DNA of 64,000 nt, taken from Amoebidium appalachense (taxonomy: Eukaryota > Protista > Ichthyosporea). A model generated the notes under the pieces. It was not told the DNA's origin, ran no database searches, and saw only the letters and a program-made list of their open reading frames with translations. The translations under genes were made by a program, and so were the position numbers. The stretch is from NCBI GenBank assembly GCA_963693365.1, contig CAVNZM010000004.1, forward strand, positions 11,126,468 to 11,190,467, written 5' to 3'. Every line of letters begins with the position of its first letter. The stretch's first letter is position 1. Shown in pieces: positions 13,838-27,849 of the stretch.

Positions 13838-15361
13838 GTGTGTGTGTGTGTTTGTGTCCGCCCACGCGCGTGCTTGTGCTATGTGTGCATGCGCGTTTGG
13901 GTACGTGCATGTGACTGTGTTCGTGTGCATAGGTATGGATGTGTGTTTAGATAGATTGATAATCTGTGTGTGTGTAGGTGTGCGTGCGTCTGTGCACTTG
14001 GTTTGGGTGTGCTTGTGTGTCTGTGAAAGTTAGGGCAAATCTATCATGCACAACATGTCACTGGGAGTGTGCGTCTGCATTTTTTGTGCGGTGTAGACGT
14101 GGGACCGTGTGTGTATGTGTCCTTAAGGTGGGCGGGCATTCGGCACTGCTAATCACTGTGGTGGCCTGACAGTGTGCAAGTAAACGTCGCGCCACATGTG
14201 CAAGCTGTCTGGACGCAATGCGCTTAGCATGTGCAAAATGACATGGCATTTCACGTGTGTGCTAGAGAAGAGGGCCCGGTGTGTGCGCACGTGTGGGTGT
14301 CACTGTGCATGTGTGTCTCAGTGTGTGTTTGCCTGTGTGTGCGTTTGTGTGCATATGTGTGCGTGTTGTGTGTGTGTGTGTCAGTGATTGAGATAGCTCC
14401 CAAATTCTCTGGCACAAATCTGCACGCGTCTGTCTGAATTGCCATAATATGTGCGTGTGTGTGTTTCTGTTGTTCAATTGCAAATGATGAGCATGCATGA
14501 TGGCGCATTTTGCATGGATGAAATTGCGTCAGACAAATAACCGGGGGGGGGGGAGGGGGGTTGGGATAGATAAAGAGCGAAAAAGAGGGCGCGGTGGTGT
14601 GATGGTGGCGGTGGTGGGGGAAGGGGGGGGGGGGGGGGGGGGGGGGGATAGATAATGAGCAAAGAAGGGGGCGCGGTGGTGGTGGTGGTGGTGTGATGGT
14701 AGTGGTGGGTGGGGGGAGGGGGGGGGGGGGGGGGGGGGGTAAATAAGGGGAAGCAGTTAGAGAGGAAAAAAGGAATTCAGAATGTGTGCCACGTGTGTGA
14801 GCGCGCATCATTATGTGCCACCACAGAGAATAGCATATTACCCTACGGCAGTCTGTGATCATGAGTGTATTGGAGAGCGTGCGTGCACGTGTGTGTGCCT
14901 GCGTGTGCAAGGGTGCTTTACTGTGCATTGTCGAGAAATCAGTGGCCATGTCTGAGCAACCAGTCATTGCGGTGTCGGTATGAGATCTTAAGAGGGGCGT
15001 AGAGAAGGAAGGGAGGGAGGGGGGAGGGAGGGGGGGGGGGAGGGGGGAGGGGAGGGGATGCCTAGCTAGTAAGCAGGTCCAATTTGACCTAGGGCCTGAT
15101 AATTGATACCAATTAGTGGATATACTATGTGCCAATGCCAATATGTTTTCAAGTTGGTGTCCAATATACATACGAATATAAATTAGTCATATTTGGGTAG
15201 CCCCCTCCTCCCCCCTCCTCCACCGGTGGGTGGTGGTGGGTCCCCAGGGGGGGGGGGTACCCACTTACTCGGAGTGGTGGGTTCCCCCCCCCCCCCCCCC
15301 CCTTCCCAAACCAACAGAAGGGTGGGGGGGGGGGGGAGACCAACCCCTTCCGGGGGGTGGT

Positions 15362-15394
<33 letters not shown>

Positions 15395-16215
15395 TACTAC
15401 TACCCCCCTCCCCGTTTCAAAATCAAAAAAGCCAAACACCACTCATCACTGCACACGCACACGCACAAGCACAAGCACAAGCACAGGCACATGGACATGC
15501 ACATGCACGGGCACGCGTAACACACAAAAAGTACGTAAATGCACGTACACACACGCACACATACCGACGTGCACACGCACGCGCGTACATACGTGCACGA
15601 AAGACACCGCCGTGTACCACTGGCATTGACCACACAGTGCACACGGGCATGCACACACGGGCGCCCACACCTACCCGGCCGCACTGACAGACACCGTCAC
15701 ACAGTTCTTCTACGACACCTCTAAGCAGGTACGGCGATTCCATATCACTGATCAATGAATGTAGTTGGGCACCTTGAACCCTTGCCTACACACACATTCT
15801 CGGGTTCCTACACGTACATAAAGATGTCTAGCAGGTTATGTGTTCTTGCGCATCGCAATCTTGTAGCTGGACCACATTACTCAGCATTGATTTGATCGGA
15901 GTGCCGACCCAAACAGTATGTGCCAACATCTTAGGCCTAGCCATTTGGTTGACACTTGTCTTGGCAGAGTAGTCAGAGTGGAACAGGGAGAATGACACTG
16001 AGTTTAAATTGAAGGCTTTGCGCGAGACTCTGCTGGTACTTGCATTTGGTGGCGGTGGGGATCACATGGGTGGGTTTTTTTTTTCTTTTTTTTTTCGTTG
16101 TTTTGGGGGGAAGCTTAAGGGGGGGAGGGGAGGGGAGGGAGGGGAATGGGAAGGAGCCTCAGGCAGGGTTCAAGTATTTTGTGATTCAGTTAGGTTATTG
16201 TTTTGTCTTTCTTTT

Positions 16216-16246
<31 letters not shown>

Positions 16247-16263
16247 CTTTTTCTTTTTTTTTT

Positions 16264-16294
<31 letters not shown>

Positions 16295-17066
16295 GGGGTG
16301 GAAGGGGCCGCTCAGCCTGGCTACGTGGGATTGATCGTTGTTTACATGCAGTAAACAGAATCATTTTGAGCCACGTCTTTTGTCATTGGGGTGGTAGACA
16401 CATGCACACCAACCAGTAGTGCACACATGAACTGTCAAAAAGCTCCAAATATTTTCCTGGGGCGTGTTTCAAAGACAATACTTTTGTTGTCGTAGTAACA
16501 TTAGTCTAACTAATCACCTGGAGTTGCTAAATGAAACTGAACTTCGAAAGGATGCAGAGATGGAATGAGCGGCCCGTTATCACACAAAAAAAACCAACTG
16601 CAGGGCACACGGCAGTGCCAAGAAAGCAGAAAGAGTAAATTCCGCTGATTTCTTTGAACCGAAAAATATGCTGCGTACATCAGCTCCAAAAATTGTCTAA
16701 GAGGCTGATACATTCTTGGCAGCCGTGCATGCCAACCTGTGCAACCAAAACCCAGGTAGTAACCTGTTTATACTATGATTAATCGAAGCCCATTGCTATT
16801 GAACTTTGAAGTATAGTTCTCTCCCTCCAACTTCGATAGAGCACTGAAACTCGCCCCTCATGCAGACATACCGTGGGAGAACCCCTGAGAATATTTAATG
16901 CCAGACGTGATTTAGATGTATTGATCAGTATTCAACGCCCGTTTCCCAAGCAAGTCTTTGAAATTCGTTCAAATATGTACACTCAGGGAAAAAAACCATT
17001 GCATCTGCATCCCTTCAAGAGATTTCAAATTTGAGGAATAACGACCAGAAGCTACAAAGATGGAGT

Positions 17067-17495
17067 CTAGCAAGGGTACGTGGCGACTGCGGGAGGAATA
17101 AACACGCCTTTTCTCATGGTTGCCTCCTCCATCATCCGAATGCGGCGCACCCTGTCTCTCCTCATCCCTGCCCAGTCCACTGCAGCCGCCCTCACCACCG
17201 ACTTTTTCTCCTCACACATACGCACACCCAATATCTCTTGAGATGTTTGCTCGGACGGTGTAACATTCGTCGTCTCGACAGCCTGTGCGTTGAGGCTTCT
17301 CAACACCCGCACGGCAGCATTTTGATTTGGGTTTGCCGTTGTCCTCTTTTCGGGAGGGTCGTAGTGAAGGGCCCGGCTGGCCATGGGGAGAACATGGTCC
17401 CCAACGGCCGTCATGGCCACCGCCCCCAGTCTGTAGGCACCGCCAGTCCCAAGGCTGGCTTGGATTCTCGCAGCTGCAGACACAGGTGTAGACAT
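17067..17495 (-). CDS. Hypothetical ORF or exon, unknown function
   Basis: Non-repetitive ORF of about 142 codons (MSTPVSAAARIQASLG...) with protein-like composition and no recognisable domain. Confidence 0.25.
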   Translation of the reverse strand: MSTPVSAAARIQASLGTGGAYRLGAVAMTAVGDHVLPMASRALHYDPPEKRTTANPNQNAAVRVLRSLNAQAVETTNVTPSEQTSQEILGVRMCEEKKSVVRAAAVDWAGMRRDRVRRIRMMEEATMRKGVFIPPAVATYPC

Positions 17496-18712
17496 GGTTG
17501 AGATTATGTACATGCAAATTGCTGTCCAATTCGAAGTAAGTCCTAGGAAGTTGTAGGAACGGGAAGCGACTTGAAATTGATTTACTCAACCTTTTTTTCG
17601 TTAGCGTTCAAAATGTTCAGCTTTAACTCGAACACCAATCCTCTCCTTTCTCTCTTGGCTTTTTTTTTTGCCCCGTTGATATTGAGGTAAACACAACAAA
17701 ACTGTTGTGACGTTTTCTACGTGCTGTGTTGTGGCTTTGTTGGGAAGTGGCCGCAGTGCGCCGCCTTCGGTCGAATTCCATCAGCTTCTACATCTATGCT
17801 GTGATTGGTTGCGTTGAGGAGAGTAAACAATCGCTTTTTGGCTCACCTGTGTTCCAGAATTCTCTACAATGTGCTCACTTTCCGGTGCGCTCACGGTTCG
17901 AACATACGGTGAGCTGCCCGGAACCCTGCACGGAAGCATGTTGCAGTATTTCAGGTATTGAATTTTATTTATATTTATATACTTTTGCAGCTCTTATTTT
18001 TTTGTTACACTATTACAACTGACTCTGACGGCCTTCAAACTAGCTCACGCGTACGCGTACGAATAAATATCAATCGGACGCGTGCTGTTCTGCTGAGAAA
18101 AACAACTGCAAAAGAGCATGCGTTGTCAGAAGCCTACAGAAGTGGCTAATATAGCGGCTAAAATGCTAAAAATGGACTTGTTTAATGATTTTTATACCAA
18201 AGGGAGTCCTTATGGGTGACAGGCAAAACTGTTACCCAGACCCCAACAAAAGCAGACCTCTATTCTGGGCTGCTGCTTTTTTTGCCTCGCTTACAGCTCC
18301 TATTGGTTAAAACGATTACGCTTTGCAAACTTACCTAATATAGTTATGTGGCTCAGGAAAGAGCCAGTCCTCAGCGATCCGAGATCGCCAGCTGTAAACA
18401 AGCCTGGCCATGATCAAGCAGCCGCTGTCGAACCACGCTGTACATGTACACGGGTGTGCACGTGTTACATATATGCCGTACGTACCACCCTGGCCTGTGT
18501 CTTGGTGGAGTGTTTCTGTGGGCGCAAGCCACACAATTCCTTGCAATAGATATGCCAGGTTCAATGCATGCTTACATTGGCATGAGCAAAGAGGCGTCGA
18601 GAGGCCGAGCTGAGAGGCCGCCGGGAAGCAGAAAAATTGATAGGCGCGCGCGTGTGTGTGCATGTGCATGTCACGGTACCGGTGTGACGGTGCGTGCGTA
18701 TGCGTGTGTAAA

Positions 18713-18796
<84 letters not shown>

Positions 18797-19403
18797 ACGG
18801 TGTGTGTCAATGTTTGCGTGTGCGTGTGCGTGTATGCATGTGCACGTGTGTGTAAATGCGTGTGTGTAAATGTGTGTGTGTGCATGTATGCTTGTGTCCA
18901 TGTGTGCGAAATGTGTGTGATGATGTGTGAGATTGTTTAAAACTCCTTCAACAAGCTGAAATGTAGCAGACAAACACCTAATGATACACCCGGTATATGA
19001 GGGCTCCCGGGATTTGTGCCTACATGCAATGCACGACAATTATAGGTGTTAGGAATGTGTAATTACAATACAACACTATAATGTGCAATTGGAAATCTTA
19101 ACAGTTGCAGCTTTTTTATATTTATTACATCCTATGCGGCCCTGTGCTCAATTTTTCCAATAATAGTATGTTCGGATCCATCGTGCCCCCGGGGCTCAAG
19201 TGCACGTGCCCGATCTGATTCACCTCTTTATCTAGTCCACAACTAGGCTGCAATACAAAACGACACCCACATCCACATATTTACATGTGCATCGAGGCCC
19301 ACAGTCACCTACTCATCATCGGGCCACATAATATCACTACCCGTACCACTACCCCCTTGTCACCAGCGTTCCAAATGTTCACGAAACCTGCAGACTCAAA
19401 TGC

Positions 19404-19440
<37 letters not shown>

Positions 19441-19827
19441 CCGCCCCCCCCCCCCCCCCCCCCCCACGGTGACCGAGGAAGGGTCAAGGCGGCCGGGAAG
19501 GGGGGGCTACTAGAGCTGTAATTTTTTGCACATACCACATTTTCCTACTTTTTTTTCTACGTTTATAAAAACATATATCTATATTAGTGTGTTGTGTATC
19601 GATGTGTTCACTATGATGCACATGGACACTATTAGACTGCAACATTTGCTTCGACTTCGACAATTGAATCCAACTAAAAATGTAAACCTAGGCAGGAGTT
19701 TATTACACAGTACACCCCTAAAGGCTTTGTCTCCACACCATGAATTGTTAGATTTGCCTTGGGAAAAATGTTATATATATTTAATATCTGCTACAAACTC
19801 CATCAAACTATTTTTTTTAATTTTATT

Positions 19828-19879
<52 letters not shown>

Positions 19880-20140
19880 CGACGAAAAAAAATAACTGTA
19901 AAATGGAACGAAAAGCTCCCGTCTGGAAGAGAAAAGGAGATCGGTGAGGAACAGAATTCTACATCTATGCAATTTTCTGCAAGGCAGCACATTATCCTAG
20001 GCTAGTCATACCATTTTTATCAAAGCCTTTTATAATACGTCAAAACATCGGGTATTGCCTCAAGCACCAGCAGGCATAAGGGGGCGAAGAAACAAGGTAG
20101 TGGTGAGGGGGTGGGAAAAAGAAGAAGCCAAAAAAAAAAA

Positions 20141-20174
<34 letters not shown>

Positions 20175-20429
20175 GAGGGCAGTGGGATTGAGAAAAAAGC
20201 TGGGGGTCTGTACGAGTATGTGCTTCGTCTTTGCCCCCTTTTTCTTGGCTTTTTATTTTTGCTACTCCTTTCTTTCTTTCCTTTCTTTTTCTCGTCCTTT
20301 TTTTTTTTCTTCTTCTTTTTTGTTTTGGTGGGGAAGGGGAGGGGGGAAGGGAGGGTTTTGGTGGGGAAGGGGGGGAGGGGGGAGGGGGGGGGGGGGGGGG
20401 GGGGAGGGGGGGAGGGGGGGAGGCCCTAC

Positions 20430-20963
20430 GGTCAGATTCCTTGACGTATTCTCCCTCTTCGTTGGTTTCCCGGGCAAGGCCGAAATCAGTCACTTTGAAT
20501 GCTGGGAAAGCTGCATGGAAAAAAGAAGAAGAAATGAGTGAAGGGGGGGAACTGGGAGGGGGCACGTCGGATTCGGGTAACATTAGTGGATACAGGGGCA
20601 ATAAATCGGTAGACACCAATAGTTCCTCGAACTAAAAACTATTGGAAATTCCGGGCTGGATGATAACTCACTATTATGAGTTTATAAAAAGCAGGGGACT
20701 CGTATTTTCCCTGAATTTATTATGTGTAAATCAGACATTGCCATTTTCCCTTTCATCTCTCCCTCTCTCCTTCTGCCTCTCTCTCTCTCCCTCTCTCTAA
20801 CCCTCTTCCCCCCCTCCCCCCACTCTATCTCGCTATATCTTCCGAATTCCCCCCCTCCCCTCACCTCCCTCCAAGCCATCTCCCTCCCTCCCGAAGATGG
20901 CTCCCTCTTGGGGTGTAGAAGGTGAGAAGCAGGGATTTGGTGGTGGTGGTGGTGGTGGTGGGG

Positions 20964-21026
<63 letters not shown>

Positions 21027-21164
21027 CGACATACGGACACCGGCGTTTTCCAGCTGGGCCGGGGGGGCCAGCATGCAGTTGCATGCACAATGCCCAGAAC
21101 CGTCAGATGCTCCATGCCCAGCACAACCTGGTAGCTGTACCACACCCGCCCTGCCAGCCTGCAC

Positions 21165-21196
<32 letters not shown>

Positions 21197-21220
21197 GTGT
21201 GTGTTCGTGTGCACGTGAGT

Positions 21221-21251
<31 letters not shown>

Positions 21252-22455
21252 GGGGGGGGGGGGAGGGAGGGGGTGAGTGAGTGAGTGATTGAGTTTGTAT
21301 TTTTGGCGTCTTCCTTATTCTGCGCCATTGGCCCGCTTTTTTGTATAGGTGTAATTTAATCATCAAGCCTTGAGTCTTTAACAAGTTCTTGCTGTCTCTC
21401 TCCCTCTTCATCCCGTCCTCTCTCTCCCCCCCCCCCCCCCTCCCCCTGCGCCCTCCCCAAACACCCCCCACAACTCCCCTGCCCTCTCTCATTCTCTCCT
21501 CCCTTTCTCTCTCTGTGTGTGTGTGTGGGTGGGTGGGAGGGTGTTTGTGTAGCTGGGTGGGTGTGTTCGTGCCGTATGCTACTTTTTATGGAAGCATATG
21601 TGCCCACACGTGGCAATTTAGTTGGGCCCGGTTCATGTGTATCTCCATCTCTCTCTTACTCTCTATCTATCTCTCTCTCTCTATCTATCTCTCTATCTCT
21701 CTCTCATCCTTTCTCTGTGTGTGTGTGTGCGCGCGCGCGCACCCGCGCGCATGTGTGTTGGAAGGGTGACAGGCGGAGGGGGGGGGGATAGAGGAGGAAG
21801 GAGAGAGGGGGAAGGGGGCGGTATGGGGGGAAAGAAGGGGGGGAGGGTGAGAGGGGTGGGATGGGGGGAGAGGAGGGGGGCCGGCGGGAGGGGGAATCCG
21901 GGGGGGGAAGGGGGGGGAGGGGGGGGGGGGGTGAGGGGGGGCTGTTACGGCAGTTGTGGTCCGACACTCTTCAATCTGTCCAAAAGGCTACCCTCGGGAC
22001 GAAACTCCATCACCAGTTTGGGGTTTTCAGGCTTTGTGATGCCCATGCAGAACACAATGCTGGGGTGGTTGATCTGAAGCATCGTGGTCTGTGTGTGTGT
22101 GTGTGTGGTGGTGGTTGGGTGGGTGGGTGGGTGGGGGGGGGGGGGGGGGGGAGGGAGGGAGAGGGGGAAGGGGGGGGGGGGGGGGAGGGGGGGGGGGGGG
22201 GGGGGAATGTTAATTATGGGACGTGTGGTTCGTGCGTAAAATGGCCATTCCTCGCCTCCCCCTACAATGTGTGACACTTGGGACTTCGGGGGAGAGTGCT
22301 TTCACATGTGAACCGGGTGTGCTGCGATAAGAAACACATTTGTCGGTCCGGGATAAGCATACATGATATGATGCAGGGGAGATGAAGAATATCCTCAATT
22401 GACTACAGGCAGGGTGGGTGGGTTGGGAGGTCGGGGCAGGGTGAGAGGAGAGGGG

Positions 22456-22537
<82 letters not shown>

Positions 22538-22942
22538 GAGGGGAAAGGGGGGAGGGGGGAGGGGATATATGCAGTACTGGTTTGGAAATATGAAGGAGGT
22601 GGCATCACAATTAAAAACACAAAACGTCAACCCCCCCCCCCCCCCCCCCCCCCCCCCGGAATCACACCCTTTATGTGTGTCTTGGTGTGGTCAAGGGAGA
22701 GGGGAGGGGGGTGGGGGGGAGGGGGGTATCAATGAAGATTAGTAGAACTTTGTGTCATGTGTCATGGGGTTCCGAGTGGGTCAGTTTACGAATTTCAAAA
22801 CATAAAATAAATCATAAAGCATAAAAAAATCATAAAACATACCGCCTCTCTGCAGAGAAGAGAGTCGCTGTCGTTTCTTGTGCCTTTAAGGGTCTTAACG
22901 GCTACGGGATACCAGGTACCCTCCATGGATTGAAGGGCACCT

Positions 22943-22984
<42 letters not shown>

Positions 22985-23033
22985 ATGTGTGTGTGTGTGT
23001 GCATGTGTGTGTGTGTGTGTGCGTGTGCGTGTG

Positions 23034-23131
<98 letters not shown>

Positions 23132-23311
23132 GTGTGTATCATGGCATCACGTAGTTAGATGACTGCTCTGAAGATTGGTGCTATGTACATGCACATGTCA
23201 GGGTCATAGGAGCTAATGTTGGGTGTTGTGCCTCTAGGAATGGGTGGGAGGGTAATACATGAGGTTGCTTGAAAGTTAGGGAGGGGGAGGGGATGGGGGT
23301 GAGGGCGGCGG

Positions 23312-23381
<70 letters not shown>

Positions 23382-23701
23382 GCTTGCATGTGCGGTAAAA
23401 TATCAGGAAGCAAAGACACTGGAAAGCCAGATAATCATTGTGCATGGGAGGAGGGAGGGGATAAAAGCACGGGAGACGAAGCTTGGTGCGTAAGGCGGGA
23501 AAGTGTGACGTGTGGACTCACACACCCTTGCAAACATTTCCGAAATTTCCATTTCCAAGCGTGGCTTTCTGAAACACGGTGAGCTTGTTCTCTGGGATTT
23601 TGTCTCCGGGATATTCTCTTCGAATTTGGAGATAGACGGGGATAGGTGGTGGAATTTCCTGAATGACAGTGGAATAGTCGACAATAACTGGTGGGTCAAC
23701 T

Positions 23702-23743
<42 letters not shown>

Positions 23744-23998
23744 GGCACACGTCTACTGCAAGGCAGGGCACATACATGGTCCCGTGGATCTCACTGATTA
23801 TAGCTGCTATAAAAGCCCCTGTGAGTGAGTTAGTAAAGCAAGTAGTCATTTTACAACACGATTATCAGCGCAAAAAATGATGCCCTAATAAACAAGCCTA
23901 TCCTCGAAGGGCCGTGCTGTATTGAGGTGCACGTGGGTGCATGCAAGCTTGCCGGTGTCGGCCGAGGGCGGGGAAGAGGAGGTAACACTAGTAGGAAT
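20430..23998 (-). pseudogene. Protein tyrosine kinase gene, apparently disabled (catalytic loop deleted, C-lobe exons not confidently found)
   Basis: Exons: 23998-23953, 23699-23526 (LGNGNFGNVCKG), 22940-22843 (VAVKTLK...REA), 22088-21949 (MLQINHPSIV...LVMEF..GSLLDRL), 21158-21041 (QVVLGMEHL..GIVH then, out of frame, NCML) and 20510-20430 (KVTDFGLAR...EY). Splice phases agree except for the internal shift at 21082/21083. Confidence 0.8.
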
Positions 23999-24359
23999 CT
24001 GACCAGTGAATACAGTTACACGTTGGGTTGAACGTTTACAGGACACATGCTGAGACAAACATTCAAGGACGCAACATCGACAAACATCAGCAAAACGTGC
24101 AGTATGCAACACAAGCAGACCCTATATTTATCAAGAGGAGCCGGGGCCCAAGTCATCAATTTTACTGACTCGGCGTTGTGTATACGAAACCCAACTTACA
24201 ATAGACATCAGCTTCGATTAATGGAACTTGGAGAGTCATCCGTTTTGATCAAACAGGGAAGTGGGTGGGTGGGTGTGGGTACGAGTGTACATGTGTGTGT
24301 GTCACTGTGCTTGTGCTTGTGCTTGTGTGTGTGTGTGTGTCACTGTGCTTGTGCTTGTG

Positions 24360-24415
<56 letters not shown>

Positions 24416-25108
24416 GGGGAGGGGAAGAGTGACTCGGTGTGTTTGTGTGTGTGTGTGTGTGGGGCGGGGGGAGGGGATGGGGATGGGGGGACCAAAGAAA
24501 GTAACGCGTAAATGCAATGATGACACAGACACCCAACATGGTACAGTACTGTGTCGTGACAGTTTACTATCATAGTATGTTCTTGGGGCGGCACCTGTCC
24601 CACATAGCAGGTATCGTGCAGTGCCGCTTACAAATATTTACAGCAACCACTGACAGTGTAGTCAGGTCCATGGGGACTGCACATATGAGTGATATCACGA
24701 GTAATTCGGGTGGCAATGGCTAGGTTATGCTGCAAATCACTGCTACTCACAATCATAATATTAGAGGCAAGACTATGATAGGGTACCATCCATACCACAC
24801 ATCACATTAAATTGCAAACACTGACCAAAAAAAAAAAAAAAAGTTCCGATTGCACAATGGCTTGTGCTGCACAGACATGGAAAGCTTAATCCCGGGGATC
24901 CTGCCCAACCACATCAATCTCTCTCTCTCTCTCTCTCTCCCCCCCCCCCAAAAAAAAAATCAATAATAAAAAACACACGATCAACAACATAGCACGTGTG
25001 CATGCCCTGGGCCTCTACAGACCCGGACTGCTAATACTCTTTTCTTAGCATCCACACGCACAACAAAAGCTGCCTTCCATACCTTACACACTTCATTCCC
25101 GAAAAATG

Positions 25109-25387
25109 TTACATAACAATTTCGGGTTCCGGGATATTTGCCGAGATAGACTTGTGAGGCAGCACCTTTGCGCCGTTAATGTAAACCTCATCAGAGACCG
25201 TCACATCTTCACCCAATACCGTCACCCCGTCCAGACGGGCCCACCTTCCCACGACTGACTGCCAGCCAATGATTGAGTTGCGCACCCACGCATGTGATTT
25301 GACAATCGCACCGTCCATAATCGTCGATCGCTGCACACGTGCACCTGGGAAAAAAAACGGGGTGATGCAATATTGAGGGGAGTGTAC

Positions 25388-25433
<46 letters not shown>

Positions 25434-25456
25434 GGTGGGTGGGTGGGTATGTGTGT

Positions 25457-25500
<44 letters not shown>

Positions 25501-25669
25501 GATTGGTGGCGTATGAGAGATGGTTGGGTGAGGGGAAGCAGAGAGAGCAATGGGATGGGAAAAGGCAGAACCAGGAGCAGGCACGAAGGGAGAGGAAGGG
25601 GGGAGGGAGAGAGGGAGGGGGATACGCATACATGGGTCATGCATACACATGCTTCTGGAGAAGGTTTAA

Positions 25670-25703
<34 letters not shown>

Positions 25704-25711
25704 ATGCATGC

Positions 25712-25742
<31 letters not shown>

Positions 25743-27814
25743 TGCATGCATGTGTGCGTGGGCGCAGGTTGTGTGCTATGTTATGACTGGACTATCAATA
25801 CGGAGAGGTAGATTGGAAAATTGTGGAGAAGCTCAAGCGAAGAGTGTTTTTGCTGCCGAGGTGTGGAAACTTTGTGGCAATGTGCAGCTTGTGCGTGATG
25901 TGTCGTGTAGTGTATGCATGTGATGTGTGTGTGTGTGCATGTGTGCATGCGCGCGCATGTGTGCTCCTGGTGGCGGTGGTGGATAGTGTCCCGAGGGCAG
26001 GGGCAAAGTGGGGCCTGGGGGGGGAGGGGGGGGGGTCTTACCATCTTCCAAAACGACATTCTTGCCGATGCACACATTCGGGCCAATCAGGCAGCCCTTT
26101 CCAATCCTAGCAGTGGGGTCCTAAAAATAGACCGTGTCAATGGGCTATCATACTCAATAGTAGTGGGCCTGCGTGAACAGCCAGGTCCAGGTTCGGATTG
26201 GGATCATGGTAAGCGGTTAAATTCCACGTATCAGACCAAAGATGTGTGTGATTAGATCTCGACGTCTGAATTTTGCATTCCTTCGCAGAAATCCAGACCT
26301 CGGTTACAAAAATCGAGGGTCGTTTTTCGGAACCGAGGTCTTGATTTTAGATTCATCGGATTGGTCAAAAGTTTGCGCAAAAGATCACCCATTGGATAAA
26401 GACCATTTACATAAGGTACCTTTAATCTTTCCCAAGAAATGCTGGTGCCATGTGCGTAATTTCTGGTCAGCGTAAAATAGCCCAAGGTTTGTATATATAT
26501 ATATAAGGTTAGAAAAGGAAGACGGCCACCAAAGCAAGAAAAAAAAAAACATTGACTTGCAAAAGGGATGCCAGGAATTATGATACATTCTATAAAATAA
26601 TCACACACTTTCGACCTTTTATAAACTTGCTTTTATCATATGTTATTAATGAGTATAATGTGCCCTATATGAAGAATAAGACCCGCCAGGCCCGCGGATC
26701 CGAAAAAGCAGCCAGCCGGCGGACTGGATTGTCCGCCGCCGATCGCTTTGAGGAGTATCTGGACTGCCGCAGGCTGGATTTCAGTCCCGATTTCGTAAAG
26801 GTTTAGCCAAACCAATCTGGACCTGGACCTGGCTGTTCACGCACATCCAGCCATAGTCGCCATGTGGAAATAAAACAAAGGCAGGAAGGGTGGGAATATT
26901 GCCCAACTTGGCGGTGGACACATAACGATTCATAAAGTGACCGAAATGGATGTGGCTTACTATGGATGGATGTTGCAACACCTTGTGAGTTGGTGCGTGC
27001 TGCACACGTGTACACGTGCCTGTGTGTGTATGCCTGTGTGTGCGCGTGCATGTGTGTTTTGACATTACTACCCATCTCCGTTACCTTTCCTACTCCTCCT
27101 TCGAACCACCTCACGTACATCGCCATCAAGCACACAACCCCCCCCCCCCCCCCCCCCTTTTCCCCGGGGCCCCTCCCCTCCCCTCTTCATTTGGACCCCC
27201 CCCCCCCCTCCCCCCCCCAAACACCAAATACACATCCACAAATCCATCCGCCTGCCCAGACACTAAGACATTATCCCACCCCATCACCCCCACTTCTATG
27301 TCTGTGTATGCTTATGTGACACAGTGAAACACACCGTGTGACGCCGTACAACACATGCAGGGCAGGGCACATACCACGAGCACATCGCCCACAAAGGACT
27401 CCCCGGAGGCCAATGCCTCAGGCTCCTTCTCCCTCAGGGAGTTGAGGTACAAGCACATGCCCGTGAGGTAGTCCTTGGGCTGCCCAACGTCCATCCAAAA
27501 CCCTGAATGGGGGAGAAAGGGTGAGAATGGTGTGTGTTTGTGTGTGTGTGTGTGTATTTGTGTGTGTGTGTGCATGTGCGTGTGTGTGCATACGCGGGTC
27601 CGTGTGCATGCGCTGGCCTTGAAGTACGGGCCACGGTTCTGTATGCGAATGGTGGTGGGGGGGAGGGGGGGGGGATTGTCTTAACATCCGCTAACGGATT
27701 GCATAGGGCCGAGCTGAAAAGCAGGGAAGAAACCATCACATCCATCTTTCAATTCTTCCCCAACGAGGTCATGCACATTAACGTTTTTATCCTCATGTAT
27801 AGGCTTCCTCAATT

Positions 27815-27849
<35 letters not shown>

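Noticed and set aside
18487-18540. IVWLAPTETLH as the kinase APE-motif exon
   Set aside because: It is phase-compatible but a poor match (no LP before W, extra residue), and no DVWS exon follows. Too weak to include in the model.
21945-21950. Apparent in-frame stop after GPQLP in the kinase
   Set aside because: The TAA lies within the donor (CC|gtaaca), and splicing to 21158 is in phase.
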